64,000 nt of DNA from Thermodesulfovibrionales bacterium (GTDB lineage: Bacteria > Nitrospirota > Thermodesulfovibrionia > Thermodesulfovibrionales > SM23-35), in NCBI GenBank assembly GCA_041658585.1, contig JBAZZX010000008.1, positions 15,365-79,364 of the forward strand, read 5' to 3'. Position numbers and translations under genes: made by a program. Below are positions 27,879 through 37,667 of the stretch, in pieces. The notes beneath the pieces were generated by a model. The model did no database searches. It was given only the letters and a program-made list of their open reading frames with translations, and was not told where the DNA came from. How positions within the stretch are numbered: the stretch's first letter is position 1; every line of letters begins with the position of its first letter.

Positions 27879-28970
27879 ATGGTTCCGATGGTTGATCTTA
27901 AAAAGCAGTTCAGGGAAATTAAAGGTGAAGTTTTTGATATTCTTGCGGAAATATTGGAAAGTGGTCATTACGTACTGGGTGCAAGGGTTTCAGATTTAGA
28001 AAAAAAAATATCGGATTACCAGGGTGTTCAGCATGCAATAGGTGTTGCCTCAGGCACCGATGCGCTTCACCTATCGATTGAGGCAATGGATATAGGCCCG
28101 GGGGATGAGGTCATCACAACACCTTTTACTTTTTTTGCCACTGCCGAGGCAATCCTCTATACCGGAGCCACGCCGGTATTTACAGACATTGATCCCGATA
28201 CGTTAAATATAGACACACGTCAAATAGAGCATCATATTACAAAAAAGACCAGGGCGATTCTTCCCGTTCATATCTTCGGACATCCTGCCGATATGGATGC
28301 AATTTTAAAAATCGCTAAAAAACACAGGCTGAAGGTCATTGAAGACTGCGCCCAGTCTTTCGGCGCAGAGCTTAACGGCAAGAAAACCGGCAGCATCGGA
28401 GATGCAGGCTGTTTCAGTTTTTATCCGAGCAAAAACCTTGGGGCTTATGGCGACGGAGGCATGATAACCCTCAATAATCAAAAGGCGGCTGAAATAATCA
28501 GACAGTTAAGAAACCACGGGTCCAAGGGTTCGTACAGACACAAACGTGTAGGTTTCAACAGCAGGCTCGATGAGCTGCAGGCCGGCATCCTTCTTGTAAA
28601 ATTCAGGCATATAGATGAATACAACGGCAAAAGGAGACAAAAGGCGGCCCTTTACACCAGGCTCCTTTCCGATACCGTGCAATGTCCTGTTGAAAAGCAG
28701 GGCGCAGTCCATGTCTATCACCAGTACACCATCAGGAACAAAAAGAGAGACATTATACAGGCCAAACTCAGGGAAAACGGCGTCTCCTCAGTCGTCTATT
28801 ATCCTACGCCTTTGCACCTGCAGGAGGCATTGAGATTTTTAGGCTATCATAAGGGCGATTTCCCCGTTACAGAGAAGGCGGCCAAAGAGGTCCTTTCTTT
28901 GCCGATGTACCCGGAGCTTGAGGAATCAACAATAAAGAAGATAGCAAAGGTCATCAAAGAAACCGTCTGA
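27879..28970 (+). CDS. DegT/DnrJ/EryC1-family PLP-dependent sugar aminotransferase (GnnB-like candidate)
   Basis: …VPMVDLKKQF…, …SGTDALHL…, …FSFYPSKNLGAYGDGG… (PLP lysine region). I chose the ATG at 27879, downstream of GAGGAG. Confidence 0.85.
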   Translation: MVPMVDLKKQFREIKGEVFDILAEILESGHYVLGARVSDLEKKISDYQGVQHAIGVASGTDALHLSIEAMDIGPGDEVITTPFTFFATAEAILYTGATPVFTDIDPDTLNIDTRQIEHHITKKTRAILPVHIFGHPADMDAILKIAKKHRLKVIEDCAQSFGAELNGKKTGSIGDAGCFSFYPSKNLGAYGDGGMITLNNQKAAEIIRQLRNHGSKGSYRHKRVGFNSRLDELQAGILLVKFRHIDEYNGKRRQKAALYTRLLSDTVQCPVEKQGAVHVYHQYTIRNKKRDIIQAKLRENGVSSVVYYPTPLHLQEALRFLGYHKGDFPVTEKAAKEVLSLPMYPELEESTIKKIAKVIKETV

Positions 28971-29074
28971 TTATTTGCAGCTTCCCCCCATCACTATAAG
29001 GGTATTAAAATAGTAACTCCAAGAGAATTTTGGAATTTGTTAAAACTAAAAGAGCGTAAGGATAAATCGTAGGT

Positions 29075-30238
29075 ATGGCAGCGATAATGATCATTTCCGG
29101 CGAAAGTTCCGGCGAATTATACGGGGCGCTCCTTGCGAATGCATTAAAGAGCAAATGGCCTGATGTCCGCATTATAGGCATCGGAGGGCAGAGGATGTCG
29201 GAAGCAGGGGTCGAAGTCGTTTCACGCATATCCGACGCCTTCGGCATTATCGAGGCGGTTGCTTCATTAAGAAAACTTAAAACGGCATATAACAACGCTG
29301 TAGAAGCCCTCAAAAAATTCAGGCCCGACGTCCTCGTGCTGATCGATTATCCTGACTTCAATCTGAAAGTTGCAAAAAAGGCAAAAGCGCTCGGGATAAA
29401 GGTTTTATATTATGTCAGCCCCCAGGTATGGGCCTGGCGCAAAGGCAGGGTCCCCAAGATCGCAAGCCTCGTAAACAGAATGGCGGTTTTACTTCCTTTT
29501 GAAGAAAAGATATATAAAGACGCCGGATTGAAATGTGATTTCGTAGGACATCCCATACTGGAGGAAATTCAAGGTGTTTTAGCAAAGGGGAATAAAGCGG
29601 AATTTAAAACCGCTCTCGGCCTCGACCCGGTCAAACCTCTGCTTTCCCTTCTCCCCGGCAGCAGACCTCATGAACTCAAAAAACTCCTGCCTCTTATGAT
29701 AGAAGTCGTAAGGCAATTCAGGAACGATCCTGAGATATTAAAAGGCAACAAGGAATATCAGTTCTGTATGCCCCTTGCTCCTAACACCGATGAACAAAAA
29801 TACCATATCTTCATAGAGACACTTAAAAAAGAAGGAGTAGCAATAAAGAAAGGGGAATCCGTCAAAGTCCTTGCTGCATCCGATATGGCGGTTGTTGCAT
29901 CCGGCACCGCGACCCTCCAGACAGCCTTTCTCGAAGTGCCTATGGTGGTGGTGTATAAAATGTCGCCTCTTGAGTTTCAGATCGGAAAGCGTATCATAAA
30001 TGTGAACCACATATCTCTCGTAAATATTCTCGCCGGCAAAGAGGTTGTTGTCGAACTCCTTCAGGAGCGCGCAAATCCCGGAGAAACCATAAAAGAGCTT
30101 AAGAAGATAATATTTGATATGGAATACAGGGGAAATATGATCAACCAATTCAAAAAAATAAAAGGACCTTTTATCGGCAAAAAAGCATCACAAAGGGTGG
30201 CGGATATCATATTGGAAATGGTCATCTGGAGAAAATAA
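29075..30238 (+). CDS. lpxB: lipid-A-disaccharide synthase
   Basis: 387 aa with N-terminus IMIISGESSGELYGALL…, …IDYPDFNL… and …SGTATLQTA… typical of LpxB. Confidence 0.9.
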   Translation: MAAIMIISGESSGELYGALLANALKSKWPDVRIIGIGGQRMSEAGVEVVSRISDAFGIIEAVASLRKLKTAYNNAVEALKKFRPDVLVLIDYPDFNLKVAKKAKALGIKVLYYVSPQVWAWRKGRVPKIASLVNRMAVLLPFEEKIYKDAGLKCDFVGHPILEEIQGVLAKGNKAEFKTALGLDPVKPLLSLLPGSRPHELKKLLPLMIEVVRQFRNDPEILKGNKEYQFCMPLAPNTDEQKYHIFIETLKKEGVAIKKGESVKVLAASDMAVVASGTATLQTAFLEVPMVVVYKMSPLEFQIGKRIINVNHISLVNILAGKEVVVELLQERANPGETIKELKKIIFDMEYRGNMINQFKKIKGPFIGKKASQRVADIILEMVIWRK

Positions 30239-30248
30239 ACCTAAACGT

Positions 30249-30448
30249 TGCAAAAGACATTCTAAACTTGAAAGGCAGACATGATAAAAAACCTTTTGAA
30301 TGCGACAAAAAATTAGCCATATTCACCTGAAGGCACTTTTAACCTAAAGTGCATTTTAGATGAATGCGTGCTGCCATGTGTAAATAGTACATTATGGAGT
30401 CGCCAAAAACTTTTTCATCATGTCTACCTTTCAAGTTATGCAACTGAT
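30249..30448. repeat. ~200-bp hairpin (palindromic) element, copy 2
   Basis: The core is collinear with 17387-17585, but the outermost 12-16 bp are swapped and reverse-complemented relative to copy 1. It ends 19 nt before the waaA ATG. Confidence 0.8.
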
Positions 30449-30467
30449 GAGGTAATACTCTATAAAA

Positions 30468-31751
30468 ATGTATTTCATATATAGCCTCATATATATTATC
30501 GTAATCATCATTCTTTTGCCTTTTGAATATCTCAAAAGACCGGCGGAGATTAGAAGAAAATGGCTTAGAGATAAGTTCGGTCTTTTAGATGCATCCTTCA
30601 TCCTTAACCCCTCATCCGTTGTTTGGGTCCACGCCGTATCAGTCGGCGAGGTTATGGCCGCATCACCGCTTTTAAAAAAATTAAGAGAACGCTATCCGGG
30701 AAAAAGGATAATCCTTTCCACTATAACCGACACCGGGCAAAAAGTTGCAAGAGAAAGAGCGCCCGAAGGAACAGCCGTTGTTTATCTTCCCTTTGATATC
30801 CCTTTCATATTGAACAATGTTTTGAACAGGGTAAAACCCGACCTGCTGATCGTCATTGAAACCGAACTCTGGCCCAACCTGATAAGGGGTTTCAATGAGA
30901 AAGGAATACCCGTACTGCTGCTCAATGGAAGGATATCCGAAAAATCATTTAAAGGTTATAAAAAGGTATCACGCTTTATGAAAAAAGTCCTTTCCCATGT
31001 AGATTTCTTCGGTATGCAGAGTGAGGAATACGCAGACAGGATCAGGCAATTGGGAGTTGATGCCCGCAGAGTTGTGACATTAGGCAATTTCAAATTTGAT
31101 ACCATACCTCCTTCAGAACTCCCGCTATGGACAAAGGAATTGCAGGGTCCGGTTATTGTTGCAGGCAGCACCTTTGAAGGTGAGGAAGAACTGATGACCG
31201 ATGTTTATCTTAAGCTTAGGGAAGACTTCCCTGATATCAATCTGATCATCGCCCCACGCCATCCCGAGAGGTTTAAACCCGTTGAAGAAATGCTCAAATC
31301 AAAAGGGGTCTCATTTGTAAAACGTTCCGGAATTGATAGCTTAAAGTCGCAGAACGTTGAACGCAGAACGTTGAACGGTTTTATCGTCCTTCTCGACACA
31401 GTCGGCGAACTGTCATCCGTTTACGGCATATCGGACATCGCCGTTATCGGAAAGAGTTTCAGAGGCCGTGGAGGCCAGAATCCCCTCGAACCCGCCTACT
31501 GGGGCAAGCCCATCATATGCGGCCCGCATATGGAGAATTTTCCGATTATCGGGGAGTTTTACAAAGAAGGCGCTGCTATCCGGGTCGGAGAAGAAGACCT
31601 CCTCACAAAATTAAAAGACCTCCTCCTTTCACCCGAAAAGTCAAAAGCAATCGGCTCAAAGGCACGGATGCTATACAATAAAAACGCCGGAGCAGTTGAA
31701 AAGGCGATGGAGATTATTGAAAGGCGAATTTCTAAAACGGATTATTCATAA
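30468..31751 (+). CDS. waaA: 3-deoxy-D-manno-octulosonic acid (Kdo) transferase
   Basis: 427 aa with …VWVHAVSVGEV…, …ETELWPN…, …DTVGEL… and …GGQNPLEPA…, the WaaA/KdtA hallmarks. Confidence 0.9.
   Translation: MYFIYSLIYIIVIIILLPFEYLKRPAEIRRKWLRDKFGLLDASFILNPSSVVWVHAVSVGEVMAASPLLKKLRERYPGKRIILSTITDTGQKVARERAPEGTAVVYLPFDIPFILNNVLNRVKPDLLIVIETELWPNLIRGFNEKGIPVLLLNGRISEKSFKGYKKVSRFMKKVLSHVDFFGMQSEEYADRIRQLGVDARRVVTLGNFKFDTIPPSELPLWTKELQGPVIVAGSTFEGEEELMTDVYLKLREDFPDINLIIAPRHPERFKPVEEMLKSKGVSFVKRSGIDSLKSQNVERRTLNGFIVLLDTVGELSSVYGISDIAVIGKSFRGRGGQNPLEPAYWGKPIICGPHMENFPIIGEFYKEGAAIRVGEEDLLTKLKDLLLSPEKSKAIGSKARMLYNKNAGAVEKAMEIIERRISKTDYS
31349..31376 (+). repeat. tandem GCAGAAC GTTGAAC x2 (four phased heptamers) inside waaA
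   Basis: Perfect 14-nt duplication GCAGAACGTTGAAC GCAGAACGTTGAAC, encoding …SQNVERRTLN… just before the DTVGEL motif. Confidence 0.8.
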
Positions 31752-32438
31752 ATTCTTCATCTAAGGTTAACGTTTTCCAGGGTCTGCCTTTATCTTCTAT
31801 AGCAGACTTTAATTTTGGATCCTTCTCAAATATTTACAAAGTTGGTATATGATTTAAAGAGCGACGGTTGACGGAGGTAGACATTATGGCCTGCTGCTAT
31901 CTTAGAATAGCGCGAACTACCTTCAAGATCAGGCGCATATTTTTACTGTCGGCTTCAAACAAGATTTGTCGCCAGATCATAACTAAATTATCACTTCCTC
32001 CGAAGAAACACTCTGACATTTGCTAAAAAAATGAAGAATTGCCCGAAAAACAAACAGTGACCATACCGGACCTTACAGCGCGTTTCTTCCCCATAGAAAG
32101 ACGCAACTTCAAAAATTCTGTCCCCTGCTGATTACTAAAAAAACTCACAACCCAATGCTTCCAGTGAGAGGGGTGAATTGCTTCCGTAAAATAAGTTTTT
32201 GAACTTCAGGTCACAATGCAACAGTTCAAACGCAAATCGATAAAAATGATTTTCTTGACTTCCATGCCCCCCTTAGAATTCCTCTCGTCTTGAGATTCAT
32301 TGAGAGCTTGGCAGCCGGCTCAGCCTTGCTCTCTTTAAATGAGAAATCATTGAAATATAATTGTCTTTTAATACGTACACACGGTTGAATTATGCTGTAC
32401 CCTTGCTATACTATGAGCTAAAGGAGATCATAGTGCTT

Positions 32439-34292
32439 ATGAAGAAAAATGATTTTCCTGGAATTGAAGACATATTCGAAACGGTCCGCGAACCGCTTTT
32501 AGTTCTGGATGCTAACCTGAATATTCTCTCTGCCAACCGGAGCTTCTATAACATCTTCAAGGTAGAGCAGGGAGAAACCATCGGACATCTCATCTTCGAT
32601 GTCGGCAATAAACAGTGGGACATCCCTGCGCTTCGGACATTGCTTGAGGACATTCTCCCAACACACAAACGGCTTGATAGCTACGAAGTTGAGCATGATT
32701 TCCCCACCATCGGCCACAAAACAATGCTCCTGAATGCCCGCTAGGTCTATCGGAAAGATGTCGGCACGCAGATGATACTACTCGCCATTGAGGACATTAC
32801 CGAGCGTAAGGAGATAGAAAAGGGTCTGGAAAAGACCCGTAAAGAACTGGAGGTAACTAAAATATCCGAAGATGCCGCCCGCGAGTACGCCGAGAGCATC
32901 ATCAACACCGTGCGTGAACCCTTAATTTCTCTGGATCAAGATTTAAGGGTAGTCACCGCCAGCCGCTCCTTCTATGATGTCTTTAAGGTAACCCCTGAAG
33001 AGACCGTGGGACAGCTTATCTATGACCTCGGCAATAAACAGTGGAATATCCCCAAGCTGCGGGAACTGCTGGAAACCATCCTTCCCCAAAAGGCATCCTT
33101 TGATAACTATGAGGTTGAACACGAGTTTTCTACCATAGGCAGGCGCATAATGCTTTTGAATGCCCGGCAAATTCAAAGAGTGTCGGGAAAAGAGCGGATA
33201 ATCCTTCTCGCCATTGAGGACATTACCGAGCGTAGGCAACTGGAAAGCTTATTAGAGGAATCTGAAGAGCGCTTCAGACGTCTTTTTGAGACGGCAAACG
33301 ACGGGATAGTGCTTCTCGAAAAACACGAAGGGAAGATAACCCATGCTAATCCAGCCTCGACGGAGATGTTGGGCTATTCCAAAGAGGAGTGCATCGGGAA
33401 AAAGCTTCAGAATATCGGTGTCTCGCTTGATATGGGTGATTTTCAAAAGATAATGCAAACATTGGACAAGAGCGGCATTATTTATTACGATGATGTTCCG
33501 GTAAAAACCAAGGCCGGGCAATATATTGATACGGATATATATATGGTTGACAGGGCAAGATTGGTTCAATGTAATATGCGCGACATCACCGAGCGGAAGC
33601 GGGTTGCGGAGGTAATAAAAAAAAATGAAGAACAGTTGCGAAATCTGACAGCATACATGCAGAAGGTAACAGAGATGGAAAGAACCAATATAGCTCGTGA
33701 AATTCACGATGAACTTGGACAGGCATTGACTATATTAAAGATGGACTTGTCCTTGTTCCGAAAGATGTTTTCTGAGGATCAAACATCAATTCTTGAAAAA
33801 ACAGATGCGATGTCAAGACTGATTGATAAAACGATCCAGACGGTTAAAAGGATTGCCACTGACTTAAGACCCGGACTCTTAGATGACTTGGGTCTATCGG
33901 CAGCTATTGAGTGGCAGTTAGGAGAATTTCAGGAACGAACAGGCATCACATGTAAGATAATAATAGATCCCAAGGATGTCACATTTGATAGAGATCGTAA
34001 TACTGCTCTTTTCCGTATCTTTCAGGAGACCCTGACGAATATTGCCCGACATGCAGAGGCGACAGAAGTCAGCGTAAGCTTAAAGCAGAAGGACGGGCAG
34101 ATAGAACTGAAGGTTCAAGACAACGGCAGAGGAATTACAGAAGAGGAGCTTACTCATCCGAAATCATTTGGTCTCATCGGGATTAGAGAACGTGCTATAA
34201 TTTTTGGCGGAGATAGCAACGTTAAAGGTTTTCCCGGTAAAGGAACAACCGTGACCGTGAAAATCCCGGCTAAGAATATTCAAGAAAGTTGA
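32439..34292 (+). pseudogene. triple-PAS sensor histidine kinase (HisKA_3/NarL-partner type) interrupted by one in-frame TAG at 32742-32744
   Basis: Track ORFs 32361-32744 and 32772-34292 are in the same frame. The TAG sits where the paralogous second PAS module has CAA (…MLLNAR*VY… versus …MLLNARQIQ…). Downstream are REIHDELGQ (H-box) and HATPase motifs. The 3' ORF might still be expressed from the ATG at 32772. Confidence 0.65.
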
Positions 34293-34924
34293 TGATAAGA
34301 ATTCTCATTGCAGATGATCATCCCATGTTTCGTGAAGGACTGAGACGCATCCTCGCAGGATGTCCTGATATTAATGTTGCCGATGAAGCAAGTAATGGAC
34401 AGGAAGTCTTTGAGAAAGTGTGGAATAATGAGTACGATATGGTTTTGCTGGACATTGCAATGCCTGGAACACCGGGACTTGAAGTCTTGAAACGACTGAA
34501 AAATGAAAAGCCAAAACTCCCTGTTCTTGTTTTAAGCATGTATCCTGAAGAGCAGTATGCAGTCCGGGTTATAAAGGCCGGCGCTTCCGGATATCTTACC
34601 AAAGAAAGTGCGTCAGAAGAGTTAATATCAGCAATACGAAGAATATCAGGAGGGAGAAAATATATCACTTCGTCCATTGCCGAGAGATTAGCTGACGATG
34701 TGGAGCCCACTGCTGAAAAGCCGCTTCATGATACGCTCTCGGATCGTGAATTTGAAGTGTATCGTATGATCGTAGCAGGAAAGACGACAACACAAATTGC
34801 CGAGGAACTTTTTTTGAGCGTCAAGACTATTAGCACCTATCGATCCCGCATTCTGGAAAAGATGAAAATGAAAACAAATGCGGAATTGATACACTATGCT
34901 ATTAAGCACAATATGTTTGACTGA
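34289..34924 (+). CDS. NarL/LuxR-family response regulator
   Basis: Receiver (ILIADDHPMF…DMVLLDIAMPG…) plus a LuxR HTH (…LSDREFEVYRMIVAGKTTTQIAEELFLSVKTISTYRSRI…). Overlaps the kinase stop. Confidence 0.9.
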   Translation: MMIRILIADDHPMFREGLRRILAGCPDINVADEASNGQEVFEKVWNNEYDMVLLDIAMPGTPGLEVLKRLKNEKPKLPVLVLSMYPEEQYAVRVIKAGASGYLTKESASEELISAIRRISGGRKYITSSIAERLADDVEPTAEKPLHDTLSDREFEVYRMIVAGKTTTQIAEELFLSVKTISTYRSRILEKMKMKTNAELIHYAIKHNMFD

Positions 34925-35256
34925 TTCGATCTCACTTTTATTTAGCAATCCTTCAAAGTCTTCATCATTTCTTTTTCATATGTCTGCCTGATGTAGGACA
35001 ACGCCTACAAAAAATAGTCATCAAATCCGTCCCAAAAAATAGACAACCACTGATATTTTTATCATTTCCACTTTGATAAAGTAAATCATGGGTACACAAA
35101 AAGGCGTGGCTCAGACAAAATCAATAGTCAATATTTAATAGGTGATCATTTAATGAAACAAGCTGTATTTATGAAGTGTACAAAAGACGGATAATATTGC
35201 TAAGAAATTGAGAAAATAGTGATTTATCATATTTCGTTTCAGAAAGGTGAAGTAGG

Positions 35257-35631
35257 ATGAAAGTTTTTATTGCTGATGACTCAAGTGAAATTCGAAAAAG
35301 GATTATAGCTATGCTTTCTGATTTAGCAGAAAGCATTGAGATGATAGGAGAGGCAGAAAACGTTCAAGATGCAATAAACAGCATCCATGAATTTGATCCG
35401 GATGTGGTAATTCTTGACATTAGGATGCCGGGAGGAAGCGGTATCGATGTGCTGAAAAAAATCAAGAAAAAAAATGAGGTACCGGTAATCATAATACTGA
35501 CAAATTACCCGTATTCCCAGTACCGGAAAAAATGTATGGAGGCTGGTGCAGATTTCTTTTTTGATAAGTCGGGAGATTTTGAAGAAATTGTTAAGGTTGT
35601 GAGTGATATATCAGGAGGAAGGATTTTATAA
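35257..35631 (+). CDS. stand-alone receiver-domain response regulator
   Basis: 124 aa with …VFIADDS…DVVILDIRMPGGSG…TNY…K… The stop overlaps the next start (TAATG). Confidence 0.85.
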   Translation: MKVFIADDSSEIRKRIIAMLSDLAESIEMIGEAENVQDAINSIHEFDPDVVILDIRMPGGSGIDVLKKIKKKNEVPVIIILTNYPYSQYRKKCMEAGADFFFDKSGDFEEIVKVVSDISGGRIL

Positions 35632-35837
35632 TGGCAACAGAAATAGTAGAAATTTCAGGTATTGAAACTTCTCAAAAGGTAAAGACTAAAGCAGAGGCTC
35701 CTGCTGCAAAATCATGTAAATCAAATAAATGTAAAGTATGCGGCATAAACACATACCAAAAAGACGGTATGTGTGTCCTATGCAAAACCGGTATCACGCA
35801 GATATATGAAATGATTGAATCATTAAAAACCGCTTAA
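35631..35837 (+). CDS. small Zn-ribbon-like protein (68 aa)
   Basis: …CKSNKCKVCG…(12 aa)…CVLCK… Translationally coupled to the receiver gene and 23 nt upstream of the sigma gene. Confidence 0.5.
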   Translation: MATEIVEISGIETSQKVKTKAEAPAAKSCKSNKCKVCGINTYQKDGMCVLCKTGITQIYEMIESLKTA

Positions 35838-35860
35838 GAACAAGAAGGGGAATAAGTTAT

Positions 35861-37309
35861 ATGCGGACAGAGGTACCGGATACAATGAGAGAAGATGATA
35901 TTTTTACAGAGATTATAGACTCAGGCAAGATGCGTGGAATGCTCACCCATAGTGGAATAAATGATGCATTCCCGCCAGGCTCTCTCTGCAACGATGAATT
36001 AGAAGACCTTCTGGATCTTCTCCATGATAGAGGAGTCAAAGTTGTAGACAGTCAGGAAACCACTAACTTTGAAGAGGAAGAACTGGTAGAGCAGGAGAAA
36101 CAAGATGAAGAGGAACATGAACATGAGAAGACAGAAGACCTTATTCAGGCATATTTCCACTCTATGGGTGATATTACGATACTTACAAAAGATGAGGAAA
36201 TAGAGCTTGCAAAAAAACTGGAAGAAGGAAAAGAGGTTCTAAAAGCAACGGTAATGGCAATGCCCTTATACGTGAAAATCGAAGCAGGCTTAGATCACAG
36301 AGAGCAAGAGGATTCAGATAATACAGAAGAAGAAAAACAAGATCTATCCTTAAGCAAGACCTTGGAAATACTCGATGATCTTATGATGAGCAGGGGAGAT
36401 AATAAGAGAAAGATTTCGGGATATGAGACGTTACAGGATTTGAACGGTTTAACAGATGGGAAAGAGAAGATAGATTTCACTACAAAAGACTGTCAGGCTG
36501 AAAATATGCATGTTGAATCAGAGACAGGAATGACAATTGATATATTAAAAAAGAACTATGAAAGAATCTCAAAAGCAATGGAGCTTGTCACGAAAACGAA
36601 GAATGAATTAATAATCCATAACCTGAGACTCGTTGTGTATGTCGCTAAAAACTATATAGGAAGAGGCCTCTCTCTACTTGACCTCATTCAGGAAGGCAAT
36701 ATCGGTCTTATAAAAGCTATAGATAAGTTTGATTACAAAAGAGGGTTTAAATTCAGTACCTATGCGACATGGTGGATAAAGCAGAAAATTTTAAGGGCTC
36801 TTATGGATCAGGTAAAAACGATTAGACTCCCTGTCCATATAACAGACCTATATGGCAAGATTATCAAAGTTTCCAGCGAACTGGTATCGAATCTCGGCAG
36901 GGAACCAAGAACAGAAGAAATTGCTAAAAGATTAGGAGTCCCTGTAAAGAAAGTCGATGATATTTTAGGGGCGATTCAGGATCCGATAACCCTTCAAACC
37001 CCGATAGGAGATGAGGAGTCGACCCTTGAGGATGTTATTGGTAATAACAGTCCTTCTCCATATGCAGATGCTGAAAGAAACAAGATTACTGAGCAGATAC
37101 TCAAGGTGCTGCACACGCTGACACCAAAGGAGGAGGAGGTAGTACGCATGAGGTTTGGGATCGGAATCGATAGAGACCACACGCTTGAAGAAGTTGGAAG
37201 ACATCTCTCTGTTTCGCGTGAAAGGGTACGACAAATAGAGGCTAATGCAATGAGAAAACTCAAACATCCAAAAAGACTCAAGACATTAGAGATTTTAGAT
37301 AAGGCCTGA
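35861..37309 (+). CDS. RpoD-family (group 1/2) sigma-70 factor
   Basis: Region 1.1-like N-terminus and an acidic spacer. Region 2 reads LLDLIQEGNIGLIKAIDKFDYKRGFKFSTYATWWIKQ; regions 3 and 4 read …EEVVRMRFGI… and LSVSRERVRQIEANAMRKL. Region 2.4 (WWIKQKILRAL) deviates from the canonical WWIRQAITRAI. Confidence 0.88.
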   Translation: MRTEVPDTMREDDIFTEIIDSGKMRGMLTHSGINDAFPPGSLCNDELEDLLDLLHDRGVKVVDSQETTNFEEEELVEQEKQDEEEHEHEKTEDLIQAYFHSMGDITILTKDEEIELAKKLEEGKEVLKATVMAMPLYVKIEAGLDHREQEDSDNTEEEKQDLSLSKTLEILDDLMMSRGDNKRKISGYETLQDLNGLTDGKEKIDFTTKDCQAENMHVESETGMTIDILKKNYERISKAMELVTKTKNELIIHNLRLVVYVAKNYIGRGLSLLDLIQEGNIGLIKAIDKFDYKRGFKFSTYATWWIKQKILRALMDQVKTIRLPVHITDLYGKIIKVSSELVSNLGREPRTEEIAKRLGVPVKKVDDILGAIQDPITLQTPIGDEESTLEDVIGNNSPSPYADAERNKITEQILKVLHTLTPKEEEVVRMRFGIGIDRDHTLEEVGRHLSVSRERVRQIEANAMRKLKHPKRLKTLEILDKA

Positions 37310-37667
37310 TTTTGATAGGGAGATGGAAGAAATATTCTTAGAAATGGAAAGAGATTATTGATGGAGAAAAATTATTTTGGGTTTCCCAAAAGACCAAAAC
37401 GTTTCTAACACCTCCAACTAACACTTTCAATTGCTTGATACCATCGAGTATTACCGGTACAAGTATTGGACAATCTGATCTGACATCAAATACCGCATGG
37501 GATCAGAGGGACCGGAGCTGCTATTGCGGAATGTGCAGGTGGCGCCCGTCATAAAGTAATCAATCAGCCACGAAGGAGCTCTTTTTTTTCATTGGTTCTG
37601 TTAATAAAGTATGCAGAGAGTATTCACAGAGTTTAAAAATCTTCCGGTTTAGATATACAATAGCTGT

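Noticed and set aside
32361-32438. Track start for the PAS kinase at 32361
   Set aside because: The first 26 codons (MSFNTYTRLNYAVPLLYYELKEIIVL) have no RBS and run through a probable promoter region. AAGGAG followed by GTG/ATG at 32433/32439 is a better start.
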